Source: Octopus sinensis (Eukaryota). From it: 37,461 bases of DNA. The notes beneath the pieces are model-generated. The model saw nothing but the letters and a program-made list of their open reading frames with translations, made no database searches and was not told where the DNA came from. The DNA lies in assembly GCF_006345805.1 (NCBI RefSeq), contig NW_021835933.1, positions 1 through 37,461 of the forward strand, given 5' to 3'. Below are positions 10,950-23,140 of this stretch, in pieces (positions within the stretch are counted from its first letter, which is position 1; each line of letters begins with the position of its first letter). The translations under genes were made by a program, and so were the position numbers.

Positions 10950-12510
10950 AGACCAGCAGCTAGCAAAAATAACAGCGTTTTCACCGGTTGCTCTCAAAGG
11001 ACCTATGGTAGTAAATTTTTCTATGGATAGGGAGAAGATCGGGACGGAAAAGGTAATCAGTTAAATGTACATCAACAAAGCAAAATCTTTGAAAAAGAGA
11101 AATCGAGACGTCCATTTTGTGAGCGTAGTGGTGGCCTGAGCGGATACAAGGAAGGTTTAATTCTAAGGGATTAGTCAAGAAGCATTTTGGTGCGGTGAAC
11201 ATCCGGTGAAAGTTTATTGACGACGGAGTTAGGCGTCAACTTAAGAATTGTCTACGTGCAAATAAAATCGTGAATTCTTTTTATTGGATGCGAACATTGG
11301 TTCAGGTCATTGATTTTAACAAGGACCCCGGAGTATTGTTTTGCATGCACATTTTTCAGAGAACGACAGTTGTCATTTAGCACATTTAGATCAGTGCGAG
11401 GATGGTAGGATTTACGCGAAACCAATAGGAATTGTGCTCCTCTCATATTCTTTTATCGGAACAAGATTAGTTTCACAGTGCAGATGGTCGATAAGTGTTG
11501 ATTTCAGGCACCCGAATATAATTCGCATAGCTTTTTGTACAAATTGGAATTCCGTCGTAGAGCTTGTATGTAGGCAGAGAGCCAGTTTGGACTTGCGAGC
11601 GGATGTATTGTTTGTAGACTCTTTTGAGGAATAATTTCTGATCACCAGTGATGTGACCACTTATTATTTTTAGAATGTTTGTACACCTGTTTTTTTTGTC
11701 CAAAATGTTCGAAACATGTTTGTTAAAGGACATATTTGGGTCAAAAGTAAGTCAGAGGACTGTGGAATGTTTGATTAGTGGAAGGTCAGATTAAAAAAGA
11801 TAATTTGGGATGTATGTTTGATTGTCTTTTATCGGAGGATAATAAGATGACCGAGGAAGACGAAGCCTCGAGCCTGTTTTGAAAAAAGTAGCTTTGTAGT
11901 CTTCTGTTTTGAGGAATTAATAATGTCGTCTGCATAAAACAGTGTCAAGTTGTTTGGGTCGTTGGCCGGAAAGTCATGAAAATATAAATTGAATAAGGTC
12001 AGAGATAGCACGAAGGTCTGCAATACACTGTTTGAAAGATAACGTTGTTTAGAACAATGGTCCATAAAGGAAAAGTAACCTATGCGACCTGATAGAAAGT
12101 TTGCAAGCCAGGATTTATAATTTGAGTTTAGGTAGGTCTTTAGAATTTTGTTGATAAATCTATATTGATAGAGAGATGTCGAAGGAAGCAAGTACTGCTC
12201 GTTTTCGGAATCTCTTTTCATTCAAGCCGTCCAGGACGAATTAAAAAAGCATTGTTAAACAAGTAGTTGTTGAGAGAAGTGGTTTAAGTAGGTTTGTGAA
12301 GTAAGGTTAGTGAAAAGGATTGATATTGTGATAAAAATTAGTAGGCTGCCGTCATTTATAGAATCCAATCTGTCCAGCTAGATGTATGAATAACTTGGGA
12401 AATCGTGCAGACAATTTTTGGTTGAAAGATTTGTTTCTTGCACCAAAGAAATGTCCACACTTTTTCATACAAGAACAAAGTTCAACAGTCTTGCAAGCGA
12501 TCTCAAGATA
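10950..12510 (-). mobile_element. Heavily decayed APE-type LINE (endonuclease + RT fragments)
   Basis: Minus-strand fragments include DISLVQETNL (APE-like, ~12430-12465) and SNSVLQTFVLSLTLFNLYFHDFP...LFYADDI (RT domains 4-5), with multiple stops and deletions. Clade not resolved. Confidence 0.7.
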
Positions 12511-12593
12511 CGTAATTAGCACTAAATATAATAAGGCATTAATTTTTTAAAATTTAATAAATGTTTAATGTTAGTAGATAATATCAAAGAAAT

Positions 12594-14142
12594 TTAGTCT
12601 GAAAAAATATTTTCAAACAATGGGCAGTATAGGCCTTCTTTTATCACAGTGATCGGCTTTAATAAATCTGAAATTCCTTTTGTATATTTCTGAAATTTTT
12701 GTATCTATTATAATTACTTGCGCATACGAAATTCCATTATTTTTTTCTATCGCATCAGCATTTTTCCCTATCCACACATATACGCCACTTCTGTGGTTTA
12801 TAATAAACACATCCTTAAAAATTGATATTTAACTTACATTTGAATCAAGTAATGATCGATTTAAAACATCATATTCAATATTGATAAACTCTAGTTTACC
12901 ATTTTCGTTTCTCACTCTTAAAACTTCATTATTAGATTGTTCAAAATCTATAAACTCCGAACTATCATCTGTGAGATTATCTCTAAATATTTGCTATATT
13001 TTAATTTATTTTAGAAACATCTTTTTGTTCTTCATCAAATACAGTGACTTGGCAGTTATTTCTCGTGTTCGATAAGTTATTTGCAAAAATCATCGACTAT
13101 AAATTATTCCGAATTGATTTTACTTGTGCTTTTTCTTGAGGACTACAATTTAAACCATACCAAATATATATCTCGTCCCCAATATCAAGAATAAATGCGT
13201 CGTCGGAATTAAGACATTTTTTACTGGCAGGAACCTAAAATGGTAAGATGAATTATAAATTATCCGGATAACTTGAATTGCCTGAATATTCTTCTTTATA
13301 CCAAAAATATGAATTAATCGTGGCATATAATGTTGAGGGACCACATGACGGAAACCTGAATCGACTCCTCCTGATAAAACTCTAAGAATTTAAATTCCAA
13401 AATAATTTTCAACACGAATTCATCGAAATAACTTTTCATAAGCTCAGTCTCGTGTCCTTCAATTTCTCGATGCTGAACAGCTTTTCCGCCTAGAAAAGTA
13501 TCTAGTTCTACTGTTTTATATGCAGCAGTGCCATATTCATCCTTTAAATAAAACATTTATTCTAATCAAACTGCTGTGCTTTCAATCCCAATCCAAAAAT
13601 GAATATCGTAAGATAAGTCTTCGCTTAACTCTGTTGCTTTATAAGCCTAAAGTTGATATTTGACGCGAATCACATTTAGAATGATGTAAGAATCTCCATT
13701 AAAAAAATTTCCATAATCTTTGATTTCAAGACTTATAACCTCAAAATTCTCGAAATTGATAATTCTGTAATACCACAATTCTCCAGATGTAAAGTCCTTC
13801 AGATTCACAATTTTTCCAAGCTTTTTCCAGCTGCGCAGATGTTTCTAATTTGAATGAAGCTTTTATTACAATACTTTTAATCTGTCTTTCAACGTCAGTT
13901 CCGAATAAAGCTAAATTTGTTTCTTGAATATTAATTTTATGTGGTTTCCTTAGTTTGACTTTCTATAAAAAATATATAACCTACTTTTTGACATTTGAAG
14001 AATTCGAAGCGATTATTCGCAATTTATCTTTTTCGCTTAGCGATAATAAATGTAAAAACCACAATACAATAACGATTAGGCGTATAGAGAATTGAATAGC
14101 CAAAAGTTTTAAAATATTTAGAGAAGCGAGACACATTGGCAT
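12594..14142 (-). CDS. Gelsolin-family (three-domain severin/fragmin-like) actin-severing protein
   Basis: From 13962 to TAA at 12596-12594 the exons splice via ten 24-38 nt GT-AG introns to [21 protein letters not shown]...[94 protein letters not shown]. The first exon is ambiguous (ATG 13994 or 14142, see findings). Confidence 0.9.
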
Positions 14143-15099
14143 TTCTAGAAAATCTGAATAACAATCCTCATAGGATTGTGGCTCCTATAATTGCTACTAA
14201 TATAGAACGTTTTTGTTTATTCATGATTTTCAATTAAAAAATCCTAAAACAAAGAAATCTTGATTGTAAGAAATATCTAACAAATCTGAGCTGTCAAAAT
14301 TATATACCCCGGGGTTTTTAGCTTCTAAAAATCCAATAACACTTAGATAACTCGAATATTCTTAACTTAATTTTAAAAAACAGTTTAAAAATTCACTATT
14401 CCACTGATCTTTAATGTAGTAATTATATTTTATTATGTATGGTCATTGTTTTTAATCATTGCCAGGATTCCACCTTCTCAGAAGTCTACAAAACCAAAAA
14501 AGGAGGAAGAAGAGAGGATGGAAGTGTGTGAACTGCTTTCAAAATAGTTTATTCTTTTTTATTAAATAAAAACTTAAAATGTTTTTAATCATTAAATTTA
14601 AATATCAAGTTTTTTATACGCACTATTTTCAGTTTTCTTATTTTTGAATCAAGTAGAATATATTTAAATTATCAATAATTATGGTCATTAATGATTAAGT
14701 TCTCCTTCATTTAGTCAATTACAAATTTATTAAATCAATAATATACGAACGTCAATGTTAAAAATCTACTTTGATATTTTTAGTTTTATGATATGGTACT
14801 TAATGATTTTCCCTACTGTTTAGATTTTCTACTTCAGATTTGTCTTTCATTGAAAACTATTCTCTCTAAAAATAAAAGATCAATATGCCAAATAAAAAGA
14901 CCCAAATCTTTTTTAGAGTAAAGTCAAGGCCATCACTGCTATCTCATCTCCGAAAATAATTCTGCAATATTCGTTCAATAATGCACCTAAAAATTTAAAA
15001 ACACAAATATATCTTTTGACTCCACCGAATCCATCAGCCCCAGAGGTGACATTTTATCCCGGTTTTTTTATAACATATGTATCTAGAGAAAACCATACA

Positions 15100-15540
15100 A
15101 GAAAGCAGGAATAATATCCCCAAGCATATAACATAAGTCATCTACGCAGATGAAATTGATCTCAATTAGAAGGTATTACCGATAAACTGGTTAATCCTCC
15201 GACAAACTAACGCCGAGAAAACAGAATATACAATAGTTACGACAACAAAACGAGGAAAAATAAAGGCATACAAAGAAACTTAGTACCTTCTTAGGAAATA
15301 TAGAAAACATACTAAAAAGAAAATCACTAACAGCTTTCGCTCTTAAAAGACTAAACAACGTATAATTATTTGTTAAACAAATTTCTGCCTCTTTAAAATC
15401 AAATAATTCAATGTGTTCTAAAACCAGTCTTACTGTACAACTCTTCTATTTGGGGACTTTCTGGCCAAATTACATCTGAAACAAATATCTCTACTCTTAT
15501 TACAATATACAACTTATGGACATAAAATAAGAAGTAACTT
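15100..15540 (+). mobile_element. Decayed RTE-like non-LTR retrotransposon fragment
   Basis: IYADEID at ~15140, then KKLSTFLGNIENILKRKSLTAFAL and LKPVLLYNSSIWG, homologous to the better-preserved copy at 24770-25640. Confidence 0.65.
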
Positions 15541-15621
15541 ATTTTTTTCTGTTTGACAAGAATAACCCATAAAATATATCAAATAATGGAAATTTATTAT
15601 TAATATTATTTAATGATTATT

Positions 15622-16600
15622 TTATCTTTCAAGAATTACAGGAAAAATAATAAACAGAATGAACAAGCAGATGAAAGGTAAAACCCCCCTTGAATTACGA
15701 GTTTCTTCATTCTGATCACAAAAAGAATCCTTCCCTTCTTTTTTTCTCATTATTTTACGATATTTATTAATTGAATCTTCAGAAGATGTCTTTTTCAATT
15801 CTTCCAAAACCAGATCAACGTCCTATTAATTGAATTACTTTAAAAATATTCACCGAAACTTCTATCGATTCCTCAACATGTTTCCAAACTTTAAAACATT
15901 CTTCCCACTCTTGTTTTATATTGTTTTTCCTATAAAATAATGTTAAGTACTCAAAGGAACTTTCTAAGAACTTTGGCAAGTTTTTTAGATATAGAAATGA
16001 TGATCAGTCGGAATATTGTACTTTCGCTATATCTTAGCTGCCCTTGGTCAACTAATTGGATGTCTGATTTCATTTTATCCAACAATAAAAAAAGTTTGTC
16101 GTTTATAGTCTAAAATAAGTATATTAATATCAACGTCTATGTTATTTAATGCACATCCGAGATCTCTACTTGTTGTAAAAGACTGTGACAACTGTTTGAA
16201 TATTTCATAGACAAAGCATTGAAATTCCACCAGAAAAGTAAAAAACGGAATTAATCTTAAGGAAATTGAAAAATTTTCGATTAGATTTATACACAATTCA
16301 AGCCATTTTCCTATCAAGTCTGCCGAGAAAATACAAAATTAAAAGAAACTAACCAAAAATCAAAATATTATTTTCATCTTTTTGAGAGTCGATTATATCG
16401 TACAAAATCTGCATATTTTTTGCACATCTATTTAACCAGTCAAACTAAAAATTAAAATGATTTTTAACATATTTGTGATCAGCAGCTTCTCCTTCCTCTG
16501 CAGATATTTCTTGTTTTATTTCATTTGAAAGTAAACTGTATTGAGATTCTAATTCAAAGATAGAATAATCAGTTTCAGATCCGTTCGAATCCTGGATCAT
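15622..16600 (-). CDS. Unidentified multi-exon protein with C-terminal transmembrane segment
   Basis: ATG at 16600 (MIQDSNGSETDYSIFELESQY...). Mini-introns such as gttaaaaatcattttaatttttag (24 nt) and gtacttaacattattttatag (21 nt) link open exons ending ...GVLPFICLFILFIIFPVILER*. One internal junction near 15960-16020 could not be resolved cleanly. Confidence 0.65.
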
Positions 16601-17285
16601 AAAATAATAAACAATAATGATAACTGGAAAACTGATATTTGAAAAAATGACTTGGTCAATTTCAGTAAACAGGTCAACTATTAATGTGGTAGTTAAGGAA
16701 AATGGTAATTTTTTAACTTTATTTTTTGACTAGATCTTTAAATATTGAAAATATTACTTCAGATGATTTGATTTCACCGAAAGTTACACGTTCTATAAAT
16801 TTAAAAATAAAACAGACTTGTTGGTTTTGTTGGTTTATGAAAAAATAATTTATATTTTTCATTTATTTGGTTGAATAAGGTCGATATTTTATCATATTGG
16901 GCATTTTTTATAAATATTATTTTGCTTAGTTGCTTAAGGTTTCTAATTTTGTGTTTTATCGTCACGTTCTCCTCGTTATTCTTAAATTAATATAGTTACA
17001 TACTTTTTCATCTTGTTTACAAGCTTCTAATATAATAAGTTGACATTTTATTAAATTATACTCACATAAAAATTCTAAAAAAGTCGAGTTTTTCTATAGA
17101 AATTAAAAAATGAGACGTCAAACCGACATAGTTTATTAAGACGCACTAAGAGTATTATATAGATGAGAAATATCGCATAATTTACTTCTTTGCTTCCGGA
17201 TTGATAAAGTTAAATTTTTAATAAAATAATCAAAATAAATATTTATTCGATAAAAATAAGGAATAGAAAATATAAATAAGTAATA

Positions 17286-19560
17286 CAGTCCACCTCGATT
17301 TGGAACAGACCTCGGGGCTGGAACACCTCAGTTTTTGGAACAAACCTCAGTTTTGCCTCCGCCTCGGACTTCCGATCTGTAGTCCCACCCCTGCCGTGCG
17401 GATCTACTATGGACGTATACGGGCTCCATGCCCTCTCCTGCAAGAAAAGCGCGGGTCGTATTCCAAAGCCATTCGGCGATTTAACAGAATCATTCTCGAC
17501 TCAATCGAAAGGCCGGCTACCCTTCTGTCTTGAGCCTAAGGGTCTCGACCGCGTGAGGGAAAAGGCCGGACGGCTCTACGTTGTTCTCGTTTTATTCTGG
17601 AGACCTTTGGTTGGATTCCACTTGTGTGGATACCTTATCAAGTCTTTCATCAACGAATCGGCCTCTCTTGCTGGGTCTCGTGCTAATAAGGCTGAGCTTT
17701 CGAAGTGCCGGAAATATCAGTCTTTGATGGATGACTTTGTTTTGGCCAATCGTTGTCGAGACTTCCGGCGTCTTTGGCTCCGGGACCCTCACTTCCCTAA
17801 GAAATTGGGACATCTTTGTTCTTCGCGGTCCAAGGACCCTAGGGAATTTACTTTCCTCATTCAGAGGACCTGCTGGCTGTCATGCGTGGCAACAGCTGTT
17901 CCTCCGTCTCGCTGGGAGAATTATTAGTTTGTTGACTTTACTAGTAAGTTTTATAGGTTCACCTCAGTTTTTGGAACACTTTGTAGGATCTCTGCCTAGA
18001 ATAAATAATTCCTTTTAAATGAAAACTCGATTTGGAACAAAATTATTATTATATTTATTTCTAGTCATTAAAAAAATTAATAATTTGGATTAAAAAAAAC
18101 TCCACGCTAAATCATTATGGGTCTCAGTTACGAGAAAAAGGTGAAATTGCTCGACAACTAAAAAGTCATTCACACAGAGTACTTGCTCAAAAATATGAAA
18201 CGAGCATTGGCACAATTGCTCGAATAAAAACACGATTACACCGCAAATAACTGTGGGAAATTATTCCAAATTTTCCGACTGAAACAAAAACTGACGATAT
18301 TTTGAAACATTGGATAGTAAAGGTCTCGACGTTTTTCAACAATTACGGCTCTAAAATATTCCAGTTTCAGGTCCTCTTATCAAAAAATTGGTAATTTTAC
18401 TTTTTCTCACATTGTTTTAAGGTTTGAAAATTGCGGGTAAATTGAACATTACAAGCTTTAAAGCATCGAATGGTTGGTTAATTGATTTAAAAAAAAGACA
18501 TGAACTCAAATTCAAAATCCTTAGGGGCGAAAAAAACTCATGTAATCGTGATGGAATTCAATCATTTTAAAAGTTTTCCATGAAAAAATTGATCAATTTG
18601 GAAAAATAATATCTTTAACATTGATGAAACTTGTCTTTTATAAAAAAAGACCCCAAAAAAATCATTCGTACAAAAATTGATTTTTTAATAATCGGGAAAT
18701 TAACAATCCAGATGTTTCAGAAATTTTAACCCTGAGGATTATGGTGCTATGTACTCATCTTCCAAAAAGCCTGGATGACAAGAGATATTTTTATTCAATG
18801 GTTATTCTTAGTGAATGAACGAATGAAAATGGAAAAGAGAAAAATTTTAATTCTTGATAACGCTTCGTGTCATGAAAATAAATCACTCTCAAATATCGAA
18901 TTGCTGTTTTTACCAAAAATACAACTCCAATTCTTCAACCATTGGATAATGGGATAATCCAAGCTTTTAAAGATAATTATTCGAAGGCGTTAATTGAATT
19001 TATTTGTTGTATAGATGAAGAAGATTTTTTACTGCGACTTACTTAAAAAAATTAATTTACGCCAATCATTGAAAATAGTATCGAAATCGTGGCAAATTGT
19101 ATCCTCCGAAATAATTACAAAATTGTGGGATAATACTTTCGGCAAAGAAATATTTGTTGTTTCTGATAATCTGACGGATGATGTTATAGAACAAGTTGTA
19201 CACGAAGTGTTGGAAAATACGGAAAGCAGCGATAATGAAGAAATTTTGCAAAATAAACAGACTACGGTCAAAGAAGTAGTAACAAAAGTGAATGAATTGG
19301 AAGAATCTGTTCTAGACATAGCTCCAATTTTGTTAAATGATTTTTACTGTTTCAGACAAAATTTGTTCAGTAGTTTGAAGAAAAATTATGGTTATGGAAA
19401 AAAGATCGATGACTATTTTTCAATAAATAATAATATTTAAGACTTTTTTGCATTAATTAAATTATTAAATTTATATTGATATTAATTTTTGACAAAACCT
19501 CAGTTTTTGGAAAAACCTCAGTTTTTGGAACACTTAGTGTTCCAATTCAAGGTCGGACTG
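17286..19560 (+). mobile_element. pogo/Tigger-like DNA transposon, degenerate, with nested CRE fragment
   Basis: TA|cagtccacctcgatttggaaca ... tgttccaattcaaggtcggactg|TA imperfect TIRs, with subterminal acctcagtttttggaa repeats at both ends. Transposase fragments (~18100-19440) include PVSGPLI, FKASNGWL, IFNIDET, WMTRDIF, LILDNASCH and LQPLDNGII. Confidence 0.88.
17356..17960 (+). mobile_element. CRE-like 3' fragment inserted into the pogo subterminal repeat
   Basis: MDVYGLHALSCKKSAGR..LEPKGLDR and PIVVETSGVFG match the RLE region of the 5323-7473 element; acctcagtttt flanks both sides (probable TSD). Confidence 0.8.
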
Positions 19561-19779
19561 TACCAAACACCAATGCCGATCCGGAGTACAGACAGACAAC
19601 CTCAATTACCACTCCATCTCATGTCTGAACAGAATTGGACGCTCTTCACGACATACAGAACTAAAACAGATCATCTAAACAGATTCTATTTTCAACCGGA
19701 ACCTTTCAACTGAAAATTATTTTCAACTGGAACTAATCTACATCTTTGCAGAGGACTGAAGAAAGCTTAACACAATAGC

Positions 19780-20065
19780 GACTTTTCTTTATCAAAAAGA
19801 AAAGTGTCTGGTCTGGAAAGTAAATTGTGCAAAGTCTTTTTCCACCCAGAACATAAGAGTATCACTCAAAAGTCCTAAAGATCCATCCGACCGGGCCGAG
19901 AGAAAGAAGCGTAAATGCTGATGTCAGGAATGACCAGAGCCTGTTTCGACACATCAGGCCACTTTTGAAGAAGATTACCAAGGACTTATTTTAGTACCCG
20001 TATCTTGCCGAACGAGTCTCTCTGGCTATTGTCAAAGGTAATGCACTTGTTATCCGCCAATAAGC
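19780..20065 (+). mobile_element. Degenerate RLE-type (CRE-like) 3' remnant
   Basis: DPSDRAERKKRKC and YLAERVSLAIVKGNALVI* resemble the terminal RLE motif. Confidence 0.55.
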
Positions 20066-20286
20066 ATTTATTTCTTGCAAAAATCTAAATATTGATATTG
20101 TAAAATGGTCTAAGAGTACACCTCTCGATTTAATAACCGAGTTACTTTTCCAGAAGTATAAATAATAGACTAGCATATACTTTTTTAAGTATCTAAAAAG
20201 GATTATTTTTTTCTAAATAAAGATATCGAGAAATATTAGTGCACAAAACACAATTAAAACATAAATTTGTTTGTCATTCTGTAAAC

Positions 20287-21302
20287 CGGGGGTTCTCAAT
20301 TTTTTTTGCTCGTCGACCCCTTAAATTTGTTTGACCCCCTAAATATTTAATTTTTAAAAGGTTACTATTAATGAAAACAGTGTCAATCATTTTTTGTTTA
20401 CTAAGAGAGTCTTTTACTTCTTTAAAGTACTCTATTGGCTTATCTCTTGTATCAAAATGTTTTCTCCTAAGATGATCCAACAATTTGAACGGTTTCATTG
20501 CATCATTTAATAATGACTTATTACATAGTGACCAATATAGTCTATTTAATAGACTATGAACAACAATTTTCATTATTCGCATCACCATTCTCTTTTAATG
20601 TTTCCAATGCAGATCAAAGTTTACAAATGGAACTATTGGAAATCCAATCAGATTCTATACTTAAAGCTAAATATTTGGAGGTTGAAATACTTGCTTTCTG
20701 TTCATATCTTCCTGGAAAGTTTAAAAACTTTAAAAAGTTTGCAACAAAAATCATTGCTATATTTGGTTCGACATATGTGTGTGAACAGCTTTTTTCAGTT
20801 ATGAAAATGACAAAAACTGCTCAAAGAACAAGACTAACTGCTGAACATTTATCCTCTTTAATAAAAGTCGGAACTACACGAATAGCTCACCTGACATATC
20901 AAAAATTGTATCTAAAAAAAGATGTCAATCCTCTGGAAGCACTTCTCACCAAAATTAGAGGGCGATAATTCAATAATTTAGTTTCTCTTAATAATAAATA
21001 TCAGAACTAATCTTCCCTTAATGAGAAATTATTATAAATGCGGCCCTCGAAGCGAAATTGTTACAAAATGCGGTCCTCAAAGCGAAATGAGTTTGACACC
21101 CCTGGTCTATTATCAAAATTTTTTTTATAAATTCAAATGCCAAATATTCATTTTTATATTGAAAAAATTTAAAGTAAAAAAACGACTCATACAAGAACGA
21201 CAAACAAAGTTTTATTACTTCAAAAGTAAACTAACTTAATTTAAAATGAAGAAAAATTAAATAATTAAATTTATTGTCGACCCCAGCTTGAGGGGTGCGC
21301 TG
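20287..21302 (-). mobile_element. hAT (Buster/Charlie-like) remnant with 8-bp TSD, containing a nested opposite-strand hAT fragment
   Basis: ctgtaaac flanks both ends (20279-20286, 21303-21310), and the left end cgggggttctcaa is hAT-like. Minus-strand LLNDAMKPFKLLDHLRRKH is a Buster/ZBED5-type N-terminal motif. Confidence 0.78.
20548..21104 (+). mobile_element. 3' half of a second hAT element (GTF2IRD2/SPIN-like dimerisation domain)
   Basis: LFASPF..LQMELLEIQSD..IFGSTYVCEQLFSVMKMTKTAQRTRLT, ending in the TIR gagtttgacacccctg at 21104. Confidence 0.82.
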
Positions 21303-21571
21303 CTGTAAACCAAAAGAAAAATAAGCAAATTACTTTTTAGTCGTTTAGAAATAATTCATTAATTTTGTCTGGATTAAATTCAAAGAATTTTTAGTTCAAT
21401 AATTTTATAAATTTTTAGTTTTTTTAAACTTGCTTGCTATTCGCAGTGAAACTACTGGAGATTCCTAATTGTTTTACCTTTCCATTTTTTTAAGTTCATT
21501 TTTCGAGCAATAAAACATCACAAATAACCGTAAGAATTAGCAACATGAAACAAGTAGAAGCCAAAACCAAT

Positions 21572-21639
21572 CCATTGCTTAAAAATGAATTAAACACGTT
21601 AGAGACCATTGCTTAAAAATGAATTAAACACGTTAGAGA
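21572..21639. repeat. Perfect 34-bp tandem duplication
   Basis: ccattgcttaaaaatgaattaaacacgttagaga x2. Confidence 0.95.
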
Positions 21640-21989
21640 CATGTCCACCAAAAATAATAAAGTTTAAGTTGAGTCAATATTATACAGGAAATATTTACAT
21701 TTGGAAAAAGATTCTTTGCTTGTGCGTAGGTAGTTTTAATAAGAGAAAGTGAAGGGTCGTCGATGTAAGGAATTTAAATAATGGCCATAACAAGTGACAA
21801 GTGCTAATAAATCGATGGATTCAACAAAATTGTGCAGAGTATAAAACAAACATTAATGGGGCACAAAACTTTTTAAAAATAATCCTCACTAGTTTCGAAA
21901 AAAACCTAAACAAAAACAATTAAAGATTCTGAAAATAGGATCTATAAATAAGATGATGTCTTCGTTTTGTCTCGGTATTTAATAATCTT

Positions 21990-22290
21990 TTCAGTATAGA
22001 TTTGTTATCAATGATCCAGGGGCGGATGCGTACATTAGCAGGCTCTGGGCAAGAATGTGTCAACGCATGTGGCCTTCTAGGTGAGTGGCCTTCCTTTGTT
22101 CGATGGAAACACAGAGATCCCGTCCGGTCTCTTCCCATGCCCTCGATCGATCACAGGTTCAAGTACGGAGGAGATTCCGGCAACTTCCAAAGCTCTTCGG
22201 ATAAGGTCATTTAGAGAAGCGTGTAGCAAAAAACGGCCAACACTGCGTCCACACAATAAGGCGTGCAGACCAAAGTGAAATTCGGCATGT
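21990..22290 (-). mobile_element. CRE-like zinc-knuckle/RLE fragment
   Basis: FGLHALLCGRSVGRFLLHASLNDLIRRALEVAGISSVLEP..DRGHGKRPDG. Confidence 0.85.
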
Positions 22291-22401
22291 AGTTTATTAA
22301 AAAGCTTTGAAATATAAAGAATATTCAAATAAACAAGCAGCAAGAGACACTTGAAAAAATTTAGAAACATTTTTCACTAATAAAAATAAAAATTATTAAA
22401 A

Positions 22402-23019
22402 TTAAATTATTCTGGGAAATTTGTCGATCTCTTCTTGTGAGTAGTCTTCGAATTTTTTGTAGATTGGCATCACCTGCGGAAGTTTGTGAGAAATATTTTG
22501 TTTTATATGATCAGGAATATTCTATTATAAAGTAAATGTGAACAATTCAACCTTTCCAGGAAATATATGGAGTCTTGCTAAAGCATCGTGCCTCAGTAAA
22601 GATCCACGAATATGCGTCTTTATAGCATTGCGGATAATCCATGTTGAATCCTGTTGGTGTCGTTCATAAGCCATGACTTTTTTGGAAATAGTCCTAAACC
22701 TGAAATAAAAAAATTAATATTTCACCTGGAAAATTCTCGATAGTATAAATTCCGCCAATTATTCCCTTCCATAGCTATATATCGGCTATTTATTACTACC
22801 ACGTGGTCACCACAGTCATCTAAAATGAGACATCCTTGCTTATACTAAGAGGGTGGTATATTGGCTTGTGTTTTCCTTCTAAGTAAGGAGCAATTTTTAA
22901 GGCAGAATAAAAAGGACTTTGATGTTGGGCATCGTAAAGCCACCACACACGTGCAAACGTGAGCCATTGCTGTAGTAGAAAATTTGTAAACTTACTTCAA
23001 CACGACGAAGGGAAGACAT
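22402..23019 (-). CDS. MRPL13: Mitochondrial ribosomal protein L13 (uL13m), 5 exons
   Basis: Introns 22995-22970, 22845-22820, 22725-22700 (26 nt each) and 22551-22522 (30 nt) give [70 protein letters not shown], matching the animal MRPL13 N- and C-terminal signatures. Confidence 0.95.
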
Positions 23020-23140
23020 AAGTGTTAATTTAAATATTTTTTTAATATTAATAATATAATTTTTTATGCAAAAATTTGTCTTCAAAGAGAGAATTAAATA
23101 ATTAAAAATAGCTGAAGGATTCTGTCTGCACTCATGCGAC
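23020..23140. promoter_or_regulatory. Probable compact bidirectional promoter region (MRPL13 / AASDHPPT)
   Basis: About 120 bp of AT-rich DNA lies between two divergent start codons; inferred from gene geometry only. Confidence 0.5.

Noticed and set aside
14780-15060. Possible small minus-strand gene
   Set aside because: Short open stretches exist, but no splice model gives a coherent protein.
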